64,000 nt of DNA from assembly GCA_016932735.1 (NCBI GenBank), contig JAFGCI010000004.1, positions 124,711 to 188,710 on the forward strand, read 5' to 3'. Made by a program: the position numbers and the translations under genes. The notes under the pieces are model-generated. The model saw only the letters and a program-made list of their open reading frames with translations. It was not told where the DNA came from and searched no databases. How positions within the stretch are numbered: position 1 is the first letter of the stretch; every line of letters starts with the position of its first letter. Origin of the DNA: Candidatus Aenigmatarchaeota archaeon. GTDB lineage: Archaea; Aenigmatarchaeota; Aenigmatarchaeia; QMZP01; QMZT01. Shown piece by piece: positions 27,140-36,693 of the stretch.

Positions 27140-27659
27140 TCAAAATCTAAACATGTCCCATTCAAGAAGCATGGGATCTTCCAGAACCAAAGGGCAGATG
27201 AGCATGATGGTGTTTGCTTTAGGTGTAGTTTTCTTTATAATGTTAGGCATATTTCTTTTTACTTCAAACATAAAATCAAAAGACACCGATTATGTCAATA
27301 TGTACGTTCATAACCTGCTCTTGTCCACGATGAGAACGAGTACAGGTTATGGGCATCCATGCATCTCAGTCTCTGACACCATTTCATGTGCGTATCTGAC
27401 ACCGAACAGGTTGTGCGGAACAGAGAAATGCTCTGATATAGTACAAAGAGTAACAGAAAGCATCATAGAAAGGGCAATTAAACCGAATTATGGTTATTTT
27501 ATTATAGTGGAGCCGGAAAACTGGGATATTGTCGGTGGGGAGAGAATAACCATGGGAGACCCTGACACTGAAAGCAAGAGACCACATTATGTCGCGAATG
27601 AAAAGATACTTGCCTACGGGAGCAACCTGAGAATAGAACTGATAATTACGACCGGCTAA
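27123..27659 (+). CDS. Pilin-like protein
   Basis: RTKG|QMSMMVFALGVVFFIML; true start may be downstream (27171). Confidence 0.65.
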   Translation: MANAHNQNLNMSHSRSMGSSRTKGQMSMMVFALGVVFFIMLGIFLFTSNIKSKDTDYVNMYVHNLLLSTMRTSTGYGHPCISVSDTISCAYLTPNRLCGTEKCSDIVQRVTESIIERAIKPNYGYFIIVEPENWDIVGGERITMGDPDTESKRPHYVANEKILAYGSNLRIELIITTG

Positions 27660-27691
27660 TCATTTTTATTCCTTTTGCACATCCTTTATGA

Positions 27692-28972
27692 ATGGGAAAA
27701 AAGGTTTCTATACTCAATTACGGATGCACTGCTAACCATAGCCATGGAGAAATAATAGCCGGCACCCTGAAAGAACACGGTTTTATTGTTGTAGGAGAAC
27801 CAAAAGAGTCAGAAGTAATTATAATTAACAGCTGTATAGTCAAGTCTGTGACAGAGAATAGAATTAAGTCCAAAATAATAGAACTAACAAGAAAACATCC
27901 ACAGAAGCTCATTATACTCACGGGATGCGGAGCCGACGCTGAATACGGGACTTTCCGTAAAATAAATAAAAACATGATATTTGTTTCTTCGCACCACGTT
28001 AATGATATCATTGAAGCAATTGAAGAAAAGAAAGATTTTCTGGGTATCAGAAAAGAAGACAAACTACTGAAACCGAAAAAAAGGAAAAATGAGATAGTGA
28101 ATATAGTGGAAATATCACAGGGATGCCTCGGCAATTGCACGTTCTGTATAACAAAGAATGCCCGCGGAAAGCTGGAATCATATGATTCTGATAAAATCGT
28201 CAGAGAAATAGAAAAATCACTGAATGAAGGCTGCAAAGAGATATGGCTGACGTCACAGGACTGCGGTTGCTATGGTCTTGATACCAAAGAAAACCTATGC
28301 ACACTTCTGGAAAAAATAGGTAAAATAGAAGGAAATTTCAGGGTCAGAATCGGAATGTCAAATCCACAGTTCATCAGAAAGTTCCCTGAAGAATTATCAC
28401 GAATTTTAAAAGATGATAAATTCTTCAAATTTCTTCATATACCGGTTCAGTCCGGTTCTGATAAAATATTAAGGCTAATGAAAAGAGGCCACACCGTAGG
28501 CGATTTCAAAAAAATAATAAATGCCATGAGAATAAACATTCCAGATATTACAATATCTACTGATATCATTGTGGGATTTCCTGAAGAGACAGAAGCCGAT
28601 TTCAAAGAATCAGTGAAGCTTCTTCGGGACGCAAATCCGGATATAATCAACATATCTAAATTCGGAGCAAGGCCGGGAACAGAGGCAAAAACAATGAAAC
28701 AAATCGATTCAAAAAAGATAAAGGAAAGGACAGTTCTGTTGGGAGAAGTTGCTGAAAAAATAAAGAAAGAAAAAAACAAATACCATATAGGCAAGGCATA
28801 TACAATACTTATTGATGAACACGGCAAAAGAAAGAACCAGATGATAGGCCGTAGCGAGAATTATAAGCCTGTTATCATTGAAACCGAAGATGAACTGATG
28901 GGTAGATTTGTTAATGTAAAAATAAAGGAAGCAAAAGAGACTCACCTTCTCGGGGAGATTATATCGGAATGA
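27692..28972 (+). CDS. mtaB: tRNA t6A37 methylthiotransferase (archaeal MtaB/CDKAL1 type)
   Basis: UPF0004 GCTAN, NSCIVK, TGC; radical SAM GCLGNCTFC; HIPVQSGS; C-terminal TRAM. Confidence 0.9.
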   Translation: MGKKVSILNYGCTANHSHGEIIAGTLKEHGFIVVGEPKESEVIIINSCIVKSVTENRIKSKIIELTRKHPQKLIILTGCGADAEYGTFRKINKNMIFVSSHHVNDIIEAIEEKKDFLGIRKEDKLLKPKKRKNEIVNIVEISQGCLGNCTFCITKNARGKLESYDSDKIVREIEKSLNEGCKEIWLTSQDCGCYGLDTKENLCTLLEKIGKIEGNFRVRIGMSNPQFIRKFPEELSRILKDDKFFKFLHIPVQSGSDKILRLMKRGHTVGDFKKIINAMRINIPDITISTDIIVGFPEETEADFKESVKLLRDANPDIINISKFGARPGTEAKTMKQIDSKKIKERTVLLGEVAEKIKKEKNKYHIGKAYTILIDEHGKRKNQMIGRSENYKPVIIETEDELMGRFVNVKIKEAKETHLLGEIISE

Positions 28973-29372
28973 AACCCGCGAGCAATTCTATTATAGTCGG
29001 TATAACAAGAAGGCTCAGTACAAATCCGATAACACCTATTATGATCGCGTGCATCATGTGGACATCCTTGAAGAATAGTTTTATACCCAGAATCCATACA
29101 ATGAGCGGAAAAATTATACCGATTAGCGGTATGAAAGCAATATATCCATATATCAGGCCGGAGAATATCGGCATGTTAATGATATTGATTAGCAGCGCCA
29201 GCATAAACGCATGAGTCGGAGCTATGTCCTCATCGGGCCCTCTTGCAATTATTTTTGTCAGCACTATTATTACAATGCCCATAACTATTGTGGATAAAAT
29301 AATATTTACAGCCATTCCTATGGGGTCACCGAAGTTGAGGCCACCGGTAACTGCATCAAGAATATCTGTCAT
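28959..29372 (-). CDS. Hypothetical 4-TM membrane protein
   Basis: Four hydrophobic segments in 137 aa. Confidence 0.7.
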   Translation of the reverse strand: MTDILDAVTGGLNFGDPIGMAVNIILSTIVMGIVIIVLTKIIARGPDEDIAPTHAFMLALLINIINMPIFSGLIYGYIAFIPLIGIIFPLIVWILGIKLFFKDVHMMHAIIIGVIGFVLSLLVIPTIIELLAGFIPI

Positions 29373-29411
29373 ATTATTTAGTTGGTTTTCTTGTTTAAAA
29401 GTGTTAGGCGG

Positions 29412-30845
29412 TTAAAGTGGAAGCATCTCACTGTATTTTTCCATATATGTAGTCATTTCAATTATCCTGTTCTCAAGAAGCTCTTTTGTTTTGGCCTCAA
29501 TATTAAGCCTCAGGACAGGGTCATTTGCAGAAGGCCTTAGGTTGAATCTCCAGTCATGATAATCCACTGATAATGTATCAAGACGGTTTATTTCATATTT
29601 TCCGTATTTTTCCTGCGTGAAATGTTCTTCAACTTTATTCACTACAAAGCTGAATTTTTCATCGTGCGTATCTCCCACAGCTTTCGTGACGTCGAAATTC
29701 ATTTCGAGGCTGTCGTGATACGAATGCGTTTCTTCAAATATCTCAGAAAATTTCTTATTATATTTAGACATCATTTCCATTATCTGCAGGATTGGTATAA
29801 GGGCGTTATCCACCATGAAATTATCAAAATTATAGAATATGTGACCCGATTTTTCCCCACCAAAAAGCGCTTTCCTTTTATTCATCTCGTTCTTGAAATA
29901 TGCATGACCACATCTGACCCTTACGGGATTTCCGCCGTATTTTTCAGCCATATTCCGGATAAACCATTCCGCGCGGGACTCATGAATTATATCTCCTTTA
30001 CCTTTTTTCTTTAACATCTCTGCCGCAAGAACACCAACTATAAACTCACCGTTTATGTAGTTCCCATTCTCATCTATGAAAATTGTCCTGTCGGCATCTC
30101 CATCAAAAGCGACTCCGAAGTCAGCATTTCCGGTCTTTATCGTTTCAACGATCTGCTTCCTGTTTGATGCCAGGAATGGATTCGGGTCGTGCACGGGGAA
30201 ATGACCGTCGGGATCGAAATTAAGTGGCATAATGTCACAGTTTACATTTTTGAATATTTTGTTAATTAAAAGGCCGCCAACACCGTTGCCGGCATCAAAA
30301 ACAACTTTGAATGGCTTTATTTTCTTCAGATCTATGAAAGAAAGGCAGGAATTAATGAAATCGTTTGTTATATCTTTCTGAGTTACTTTACCCTTCTTTT
30401 CAGAAACTTTTCTGAACTTTCCATTATCATAAATTTTCTTGACTTTCTCAAGTCCAAAATTCATGGCAATTGGATGCGCGTTCTTTCCTACTATCTTCAT
30501 TCCGTTAAAGTCCTTGGGCATATGCGATGCCGTTATCTGGACACCTGCATCATAACCGTAGTATCCGACCGAAAAATAAAGGAAATCGGTCCCATTCATA
30601 CCTAGATCGATTACATTAACACCGAGCTCGGTGAAGCCTCTTATAAGACCATCTGCTATTTCCTTTCCACTGCGCCTGGAATCCCTTGATATTGCTACAT
30701 TTCTACATTTCAGGTAGGTAGTAAGAGCCTTGGCAACCCTGCAAGCGACTTCACTATTAATATCTTCCGGGTAGAATCCGCGCATATCGTATTCCCTGAA
30801 AAGTCTCATATGCCTTTCTTTCATAAGCTCTTCCATGTAACCCAC
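29412..30845 (-). CDS. Alpha-D-phosphohexomutase (PMM/PGM/GlmM family)
   Basis: FREYDMRG, ITASHMP (catalytic Ser), FDGDADR, GGEKSGH. Confidence 0.93.
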   Translation of the reverse strand: MGYMEELMKERHMRLFREYDMRGFYPEDINSEVACRVAKALTTYLKCRNVAISRDSRRSGKEIADGLIRGFTELGVNVIDLGMNGTDFLYFSVGYYGYDAGVQITASHMPKDFNGMKIVGKNAHPIAMNFGLEKVKKIYDNGKFRKVSEKKGKVTQKDITNDFINSCLSFIDLKKIKPFKVVFDAGNGVGGLLINKIFKNVNCDIMPLNFDPDGHFPVHDPNPFLASNRKQIVETIKTGNADFGVAFDGDADRTIFIDENGNYINGEFIVGVLAAEMLKKKGKGDIIHESRAEWFIRNMAEKYGGNPVRVRCGHAYFKNEMNKRKALFGGEKSGHIFYNFDNFMVDNALIPILQIMEMMSKYNKKFSEIFEETHSYHDSLEMNFDVTKAVGDTHDEKFSFVVNKVEEHFTQEKYGKYEINRLDTLSVDYHDWRFNLRPSANDPVLRLNIEAKTKELLENRIIEMTTYMEKYSEMLPL

Positions 30846-30854
30846 ATCATCACC

Positions 30855-31556
30855 TCAGTCAAGATAATTTCCTTCCAGTATGAATTTTTCAGTTTTTTCC
30901 AGATCTTCAAGTGTGCTCATTTCCTTCCAGTATCCCCCGACTTCCAGAACTTTAACTTTCTTCTCTTCAGCGAGAAGAGATATCGCATCTGTAAGCTCAA
31001 TTTCACCCCTAGTTGATTTTCCGACCTTCAGAAGTTTATCAAATACTTCGGGAGTGAATTTGTATAATCCTGTATTGACAAGGTCTGAGACGAAATCCTT
31101 CGGTTTCTCAACTATCTTTACAAGAAAACCACTTTTCTTTATTATTACACCATACCTTTCAGGATGCTCATCCCTTATACCGAACATATAATTGTATTTA
31201 TCCCGCATGTCGAGCTTGCTTATATCTTTGTTTGAATAGAGATTGTCACCATAAATAACAACGAAATTATCCTTCCCTACCCAGTTCTTTGCGAGCATAA
31301 CTGCATGGCCTGTTCCCAGTTGCTCTTCCTGAAAAATAAGTTTGTATTTTATTTTCTCCTTTTTTAAGAAATCCTCAATTTTCTCTTTCTTATAGCCTAC
31401 TATGAATCCGAAATCATCAAAACCGGCTTTCATAAGGTTCTCGATTACATAGTGAAGGAAAGGCTTGCCTGCGACATCTATAAGAACCTTCGGTTTATCC
31501 AGTGTAAGAGGCCTCATCCGGATTCCCTTTCCGGCAGCCAGAATCAATGCTTTCAT
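30855..31556 (-). CDS. Sugar-1-phosphate nucleotidyltransferase (GlmU N-terminal domain only, no beta-helix acetyltransferase)
   Basis: ILAAGKGIRMRPLT..KPK, QEEQLGTGHA, VEKP, RGEIELTDA; only 233 aa. Confidence 0.92.
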   Translation of the reverse strand: MKALILAAGKGIRMRPLTLDKPKVLIDVAGKPFLHYVIENLMKAGFDDFGFIVGYKKEKIEDFLKKEKIKYKLIFQEEQLGTGHAVMLAKNWVGKDNFVVIYGDNLYSNKDISKLDMRDKYNYMFGIRDEHPERYGVIIKKSGFLVKIVEKPKDFVSDLVNTGLYKFTPEVFDKLLKVGKSTRGEIELTDAISLLAEEKKVKVLEVGGYWKEMSTLEDLEKTEKFILEGNYLD

Positions 31557-31560
31557 ATAA

Positions 31561-33222
31561 TTACCTGTTTACACCGTTAATTAAATTTATCAGCACTCCG
31601 GCTATTTTTTCAGGATCGTGTCTCATTATATCAGGATCATGTTTTCCCCTGTCGGGTCTTTCCTTCATTTCCCATAAAATATCTTCCTTTATCTTTTTAA
31701 AATACGATTCTTCAATATCATCAGTAACAATTTCCAGCCCCTCCATCTTATATTTTTCAATAGATTTCTTATCCGGAGATTTTTTGTTAACTATTATATA
31801 ATCAAGAGTTTTACCCATATATTTTTCAAGGTCTTTTATGTGGTCCGAGAGCAGGTAGCCTTCTGTCTGTCCTTTCTGGGTTACAAGATTTGAAATATAA
31901 ATTATTTTCGCCCGTGTTTTCTCCAGAGATTCTTTCATGCCTTTCATAAGAAGATTTGTTATTATACTCGTGTAGAGGCTACCCGGCCCTATTACAACCA
32001 GATCGGCCGATTCGATTTCCTTCAGGCATTCAGGCAAAGCAGATGCTTCAGGCTCAAGGAAGGCTATTTTTATTCTTGCCTTGTCCTCCCTTTTGTAAAT
32101 CTCATAATCTTTCTTGAAGACAGTTCCGTCTTCCAGTTCAGCGCATATATGGCAGTCTTCCAAAGTAACTGGAAGAACCCTTCCTTTTATATGAAGAATC
32201 TCTCCAGCCTCTTTAACAGCCTCTTCAAAACTTCCTGTAATCTTGGTCAGCGCCGCTATGAAAAGATTACCAAAACTCATGTCACCAAGTCTTCCTTTGC
32301 CCTCGAATCTGTATCTGAGCAGGTTCTGGACGTGCTCCGATCTTTCTGAAAGGGCTATCAGGCAATTCTTGATATCTGCCGGCGGGAGAATTTTCAATTC
32401 CTCTCGTATTATCCCGGAACTTCTGCCTGCATCTGTTACAGTCACGATAGCTGTTATATCGTTAGTGTATTTTTTCAGACCTTTCAGGATTCTGGATAGG
32501 CCCGTGCCTCCGCCTATACAGACTATCTTGGGTTCTCTTTCAGATTCGAGAATTTTAATTACTAAAGGCAGTTCTGTTATCCTTTTTATTTTATAGTCAG
32601 GCTCTTCGAACTTGTCTTTTGGCTTTACATCACTATATTTTCCAAATAGCATCTGGACGGTTTTCATTCTCAATTTGTTGCCTATTAATATTTCAGAATT
32701 TATCCTGTCCCCGACAACAACAAACTCAGAAGCACAGAATCCAGATTTTTTCAGAACTCTCTCAAAGTCGTTTACTTTATCTGGATCCTTTTCTATATCG
32801 TTTATTACTATTTCATCAAACTTGTCTTTCAATCCAAGAGCTTCTATCTTCTTCATTTGTCTTATATGGAGACCCGCCGTAATGAGTATCAGCCTGTATT
32901 TTTTTCTTAATTTTATGAGGGTCTCACTGGCGCCTGGAAATGATTCTATTTTACCAACGTCATCGTTATTATAAGCTTTTAATGCATTCTCAACAAAATT
33001 CTTTTCCTTTACTCCGAATTCCTCGGCCATCTTATTGAACACATCGCATCTTGGACCGAATTTTTCCAGATATTCTATCTGTTTTTTATAAGCCCGATTC
33101 TCTGACAGAGGAAGACCGTCAGCTATCATGGATTTTGCGGCTCTCTTCATTGCCTGTTTTCTCAATACTCCGCAATCATATAACGTGTCGTCGAGATCAA
33201 ATATTATGGCCTTTATTGACAT
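31561..33222 (-). CDS. HAD-family phosphatase fused to a YvcK/GlmR (UPF0052/CofD-like) domain
   Basis: N-half IIFDLDDTLYD, LITAG, VGDRINSE; C-half IGGGTGLS, TDAGRSSG, FGNL, GPGSLYTSI, RHDP; SD AGGTGA before ATG 33222. Confidence 0.9.
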   Translation of the reverse strand: MSIKAIIFDLDDTLYDCGVLRKQAMKRAAKSMIADGLPLSENRAYKKQIEYLEKFGPRCDVFNKMAEEFGVKEKNFVENALKAYNNDDVGKIESFPGASETLIKLRKKYRLILITAGLHIRQMKKIEALGLKDKFDEIVINDIEKDPDKVNDFERVLKKSGFCASEFVVVGDRINSEILIGNKLRMKTVQMLFGKYSDVKPKDKFEEPDYKIKRITELPLVIKILESEREPKIVCIGGGTGLSRILKGLKKYTNDITAIVTVTDAGRSSGIIREELKILPPADIKNCLIALSERSEHVQNLLRYRFEGKGRLGDMSFGNLFIAALTKITGSFEEAVKEAGEILHIKGRVLPVTLEDCHICAELEDGTVFKKDYEIYKREDKARIKIAFLEPEASALPECLKEIESADLVVIGPGSLYTSIITNLLMKGMKESLEKTRAKIIYISNLVTQKGQTEGYLLSDHIKDLEKYMGKTLDYIIVNKKSPDKKSIEKYKMEGLEIVTDDIEESYFKKIKEDILWEMKERPDRGKHDPDIMRHDPEKIAGVLINLINGVNR

Positions 33223-33231
33223 AAGTTTCAC

Positions 33232-33708
33232 CTAGTCAAAGAATATACTCATTAACCACTCGCCTTTTCCTTTATAGTAATGGTCTTTCAATGTAACTTC
33301 ATATGAGAAACCTAATACCTTGTAGAATTCCTGAGCTCTCATGTTATCTTCATGTGTGAGGAGATATAGCTTCCTCAGAGTGTATCCTTTCTCTTTATAG
33401 TATTTCTTTATATCCTCAAACAGGAATTCAAAAAGAAATTTTGAAACGCCTTTACCTCTGAATTCGGGTAGCAAGCCAATCCTATCTAGTTCTGCAAGCC
33501 CGTGTTTTGGGAGTCCATGTATAATCCATGAAGCAATTCCAATAATACCAGTTTCAGAAAATGAAACAACGAAATTGTGACCTTTCTCTAATTCACTCAA
33601 GAACGTTTCTTTTCCTTCATCAACATCTTTAATATTGTAGCATTCTTTTAACACGAAACCTATTTCTTCAGCGTCACTTTCTTTGGCTCTTCTGTATTTT
33701 ATATTCAT
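33232..33708 (-). CDS. GNAT N-acetyltransferase
   Basis: Acetyl-CoA motif FRGKGVS, N.RA..FY..LGF; ATGA overlap with the glmS stop. Confidence 0.88.
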   Translation of the reverse strand: MNIKYRRAKESDAEEIGFVLKECYNIKDVDEGKETFLSELEKGHNFVVSFSETGIIGIASWIIHGLPKHGLAELDRIGLLPEFRGKGVSKFLFEFLFEDIKKYYKEKGYTLRKLYLLTHEDNMRAQEFYKVLGFSYEVTLKDHYYKGKGEWLMSIFFD

Positions 33709-35504
33709 TCGACAGTCACCGATTTTGCGAGATTTTTTGGCTTGTCGGGATCCAATCCCTTAAGGTCTGCAATATGATAAGCCAATAACTGCAGTGGGAT
33801 TGTATTTATTATTGGCATCAGCTCTTCCCTACATTTTGGCACATAAATAACATGGTCGGAAATCTTCTTAATTTCCTCGTCACCTTCGGTTGCTATTGTT
33901 ATTATTACACCATTCCTGGCTTTTATCTCCTGCATGTTGCTCATTATTTTTTTGTAAGACTCCCCATTCTTGTTGGCTATAAAGACGACGGGCATCTTTT
34001 CATCTACCAGCGCGATTGGGCCATGTTTCATCTCGGCGGCGGGATAGCCTTCAGCGTGTATATATGAGATTTCCTTAAGTTTTAATGCACCTTCAAGCGC
34101 TACAGGAAAGTTTATTCCCCTACCAAGATAAAGTGCATTCGGATGATTATAGAAGTATTCAGCTACATTTCTGATACCAGCACTCGTTTCCAGAACACTG
34201 CTTATTTTTTCCGGAATACTTTTTAGACTTTTTAACAGTTCTTCATCAACATTTTTCCCGAGTTCCTGGTTTATTGATAATGCCAGAAGAATAAGAGATA
34301 TTATCTGGCTTGTGAAAGCTTTTGTAGATGCAACACCTATCTCAGGACCCGCATGTATATAGATGCCGTTTTCGGATTCTCTGGCTATTGTGGAGCCTAC
34401 GACATTGACTATTCCAAGCGTTTTTACTCCCTTTTTTTTTGCTTCATGGAGGGCTGCCAAGGTATCAGCAGTCTCCCCCGACTGGCTTATAACTATTACT
34501 AAATCGTCTTTGCCTATTAACGGGTCTCTGTACCTGAACTCTGATGCGTAATCGACTTCAACAGGGATATTGCACATCTTTTCGATAAGATATTTTCCAA
34601 CAATGGCAGCATGCCAACTCGTGCCGCATGCGGTTATAACAACCCTTCTCATATTCTGCAGGAAATCTTTACTGAGACCAGTGCTTAATTTTATTGAATC
34701 GTTTTTTATCCTTCCTAACATAGTGTTCTGCAGAGATTCTGGCTGTTCCATTATCTCCTTTAACATAAAATGTTTGAAACCTTTCTTTTCAATTTCCTTT
34801 ATATCCCATTCTATCTTTTCTATTTCATTTTCAATTTTTCTGAAAGTTCTGCCCATGATTCTGACGTTATCTTTTGTAACAGAGGCCATCTGGCCGTCCT
34901 TAAGATAAATTATATCCTTTGTCTTCTGAACTATCGCGGAAACATCTGATGCGATTATATTACCACTTTCAGATACACCTATTACTACCGGACTACCATT
35001 CCTTGCTGCCACTATCTTTTCTTCAGACATCTGTATTGCAAGAATACCGTATGTTCCTTCTAACAAGCCTACGGCTTTATAAACAGCCTTTTCAAGATCG
35101 CCTTTGTAGTACGTTTCTATAAGATGGGCTATGACCTCAGAATCCGTATCGGACCGAAATTTGTGGCCGTGTTTCTCCAGCATTTTCTTCAGCCAAGAAA
35201 AATTCTCTATTATCCCGTTATGGACTATTGCAATATCCTTTTTATTATCAAAATGCGGATGCGCATTTTTCTCGGTGACATTACCATGCGTTGCCCATCT
35301 AGTGTGACCTATTCCCATTTTACCCGGAATGGATTTTGAACCATCCTCGCTTATTTTACCAACATGTTTTCTCAGCTCTATTTTATGATTTTCGCAGACA
35401 GCTATGCCATATGAGTCGTAGCCTCTGTATTCCATTTTTCTGAGGCCGTCCATGATGATAGGATAGCATTCTTCAATTCCTATATAACCAATAATACCGC
35501 ACAT
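33705..35504 (-). CDS. glmS: Glutamine:fructose-6-phosphate amidotransferase
   Basis: MCGI (Cys1), EYRGYDS, HTRWATHG, SQSGETADT, EMKHGP, NLAKSVTVE. Confidence 0.98.
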   Translation of the reverse strand: MCGIIGYIGIEECYPIIMDGLRKMEYRGYDSYGIAVCENHKIELRKHVGKISEDGSKSIPGKMGIGHTRWATHGNVTEKNAHPHFDNKKDIAIVHNGIIENFSWLKKMLEKHGHKFRSDTDSEVIAHLIETYYKGDLEKAVYKAVGLLEGTYGILAIQMSEEKIVAARNGSPVVIGVSESGNIIASDVSAIVQKTKDIIYLKDGQMASVTKDNVRIMGRTFRKIENEIEKIEWDIKEIEKKGFKHFMLKEIMEQPESLQNTMLGRIKNDSIKLSTGLSKDFLQNMRRVVITACGTSWHAAIVGKYLIEKMCNIPVEVDYASEFRYRDPLIGKDDLVIVISQSGETADTLAALHEAKKKGVKTLGIVNVVGSTIARESENGIYIHAGPEIGVASTKAFTSQIISLILLALSINQELGKNVDEELLKSLKSIPEKISSVLETSAGIRNVAEYFYNHPNALYLGRGINFPVALEGALKLKEISYIHAEGYPAAEMKHGPIALVDEKMPVVFIANKNGESYKKIMSNMQEIKARNGVIITIATEGDEEIKKISDHVIYVPKCREELMPIINTIPLQLLAYHIADLKGLDPDKPKNLAKSVTVE

Positions 35505-35546
35505 ATTGACACCGCAATTTAGAGATTATAAGAGATTATATGCCTT

Positions 35547-35622
35547 CTTTAAAAGGCTTTCTCGAGGAAAAAATCATAATTGAACGTCTTTTTGGCCTTT
35601 CCCGAAGAAAGCTATTTAAATA
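35547..35622. promoter_or_regulatory. Divergent BRE/TATA promoters for glmS and the regulator, with two CTTTC-N5-GAAA inverted repeats
   Basis: TATA-like TTTTAAAG (minus, 35554-35547) and TTTAAATA (plus, 35615-35622); CTTTCTCGAGGAAAA at 35557-35571 and CTTTCCCGAAGAAAG at 35597-35611. Confidence 0.5.
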
Positions 35623-35664
35623 TTATTATAAATTATTTTTTAATATTATGAATAAGGTTATAAT

Positions 35665-36591
35665 ATGTCTGGGTATTTTATAATTGAGTCAGGAAGGAAG
35701 AACAGAACATGCGAAATCATGATTGTTGATAAGCCTGAAAAACTGGAAGCAATGTCCAATATCATAGCATGGAAGCTTCTCGAATTAATGAAGACTCCTC
35801 AGTGTCCTATTGACCTTGCAAGAGCGCTGAAAATTCACGAGCAGAAAGTCTATTATCACATAAGAAAGCTGAGAGATGCAGGGATCATTGAGGAGGTCAG
35901 GACAGAAAGTCGGCATGGAACCGTGGCAAGGTTCTATGAAATAAAATCCAGTGCTATTGGCACGTTTTTGCCAGGAGCAAAAATGGAAAAGATAACCTTT
36001 GCTGCTCCCCGATACAACAGGAACATGGAACCTTTCATTGTTGAAGGGAGATCGAACTTTACGATAGTGGTCGGCTCACCGGAGCCACACGGACCATTCC
36101 GAGCCCGCGCCTCGGATGCGATGTGTGCAATCGATTTAGGTTTGTTCTTGGGTTCCTTCACAACGGGAATTGAGGAAGCCAACTACAAACTGGACGTCGA
36201 AATCAGAGAAAGGGATTTGAAACAGAATTTGATAATAATAGGCGGTCCTGTTGCCAACATGATTACGAAAAAAATAAACGAGAAGATGCCCATAAAAATA
36301 ATGCTTAAAATGGACAGGAGTATATTCTCAGCACTTTCAAAAAAATACTACGATAACGATGCAAGCGGTTATATCATTGTAACTGATAATCCATGGGCAA
36401 AGGGAAAAAGGATAATGGTTCTTGCCGGAAAAAGATTTATCGGTACGCGGGCAGCAGTGCTTTTTCTGATAAAAAAATTCGACAAAATATTCGAGGGCAA
36501 CAGATGGGACAGCAATATACTGGCACGCGTTGTCAGAGGATACGATATGGACGGTGACGGGATAATAGACACCGCGGAGCTCATTGAATAA
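35665..36591 (+). CDS. ArsR-like HTH transcriptional regulator with S-layer-C-like domain and Ca-binding-like tail
   Basis: DLARALKIHEQKVYYHIRKLRDAGII HTH; IVVGSPEPHG; NLIIIGGPVAN; C-terminal DMDGDGIIDTAE. Confidence 0.8.
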   Translation: MSGYFIIESGRKNRTCEIMIVDKPEKLEAMSNIIAWKLLELMKTPQCPIDLARALKIHEQKVYYHIRKLRDAGIIEEVRTESRHGTVARFYEIKSSAIGTFLPGAKMEKITFAAPRYNRNMEPFIVEGRSNFTIVVGSPEPHGPFRARASDAMCAIDLGLFLGSFTTGIEEANYKLDVEIRERDLKQNLIIIGGPVANMITKKINEKMPIKIMLKMDRSIFSALSKKYYDNDASGYIIVTDNPWAKGKRIMVLAGKRFIGTRAAVLFLIKKFDKIFEGNRWDSNILARVVRGYDMDGDGIIDTAELIE

Positions 36592-36693
36592 AGACCCAAT
36601 AAATATAAATCCTATACCGATATATTAACTAACCGTTGGCCAAGTTCATTAATTCAAAAAAGGGTTGTCGGGATAAGGTGTGAGGGGGATTCA

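Noticed and set aside
35505-35664. glmS ribozyme upstream of glmS
   Set aside because: The TATA position leaves only a very short leader; the region is AT-rich with no recognisable ribozyme core
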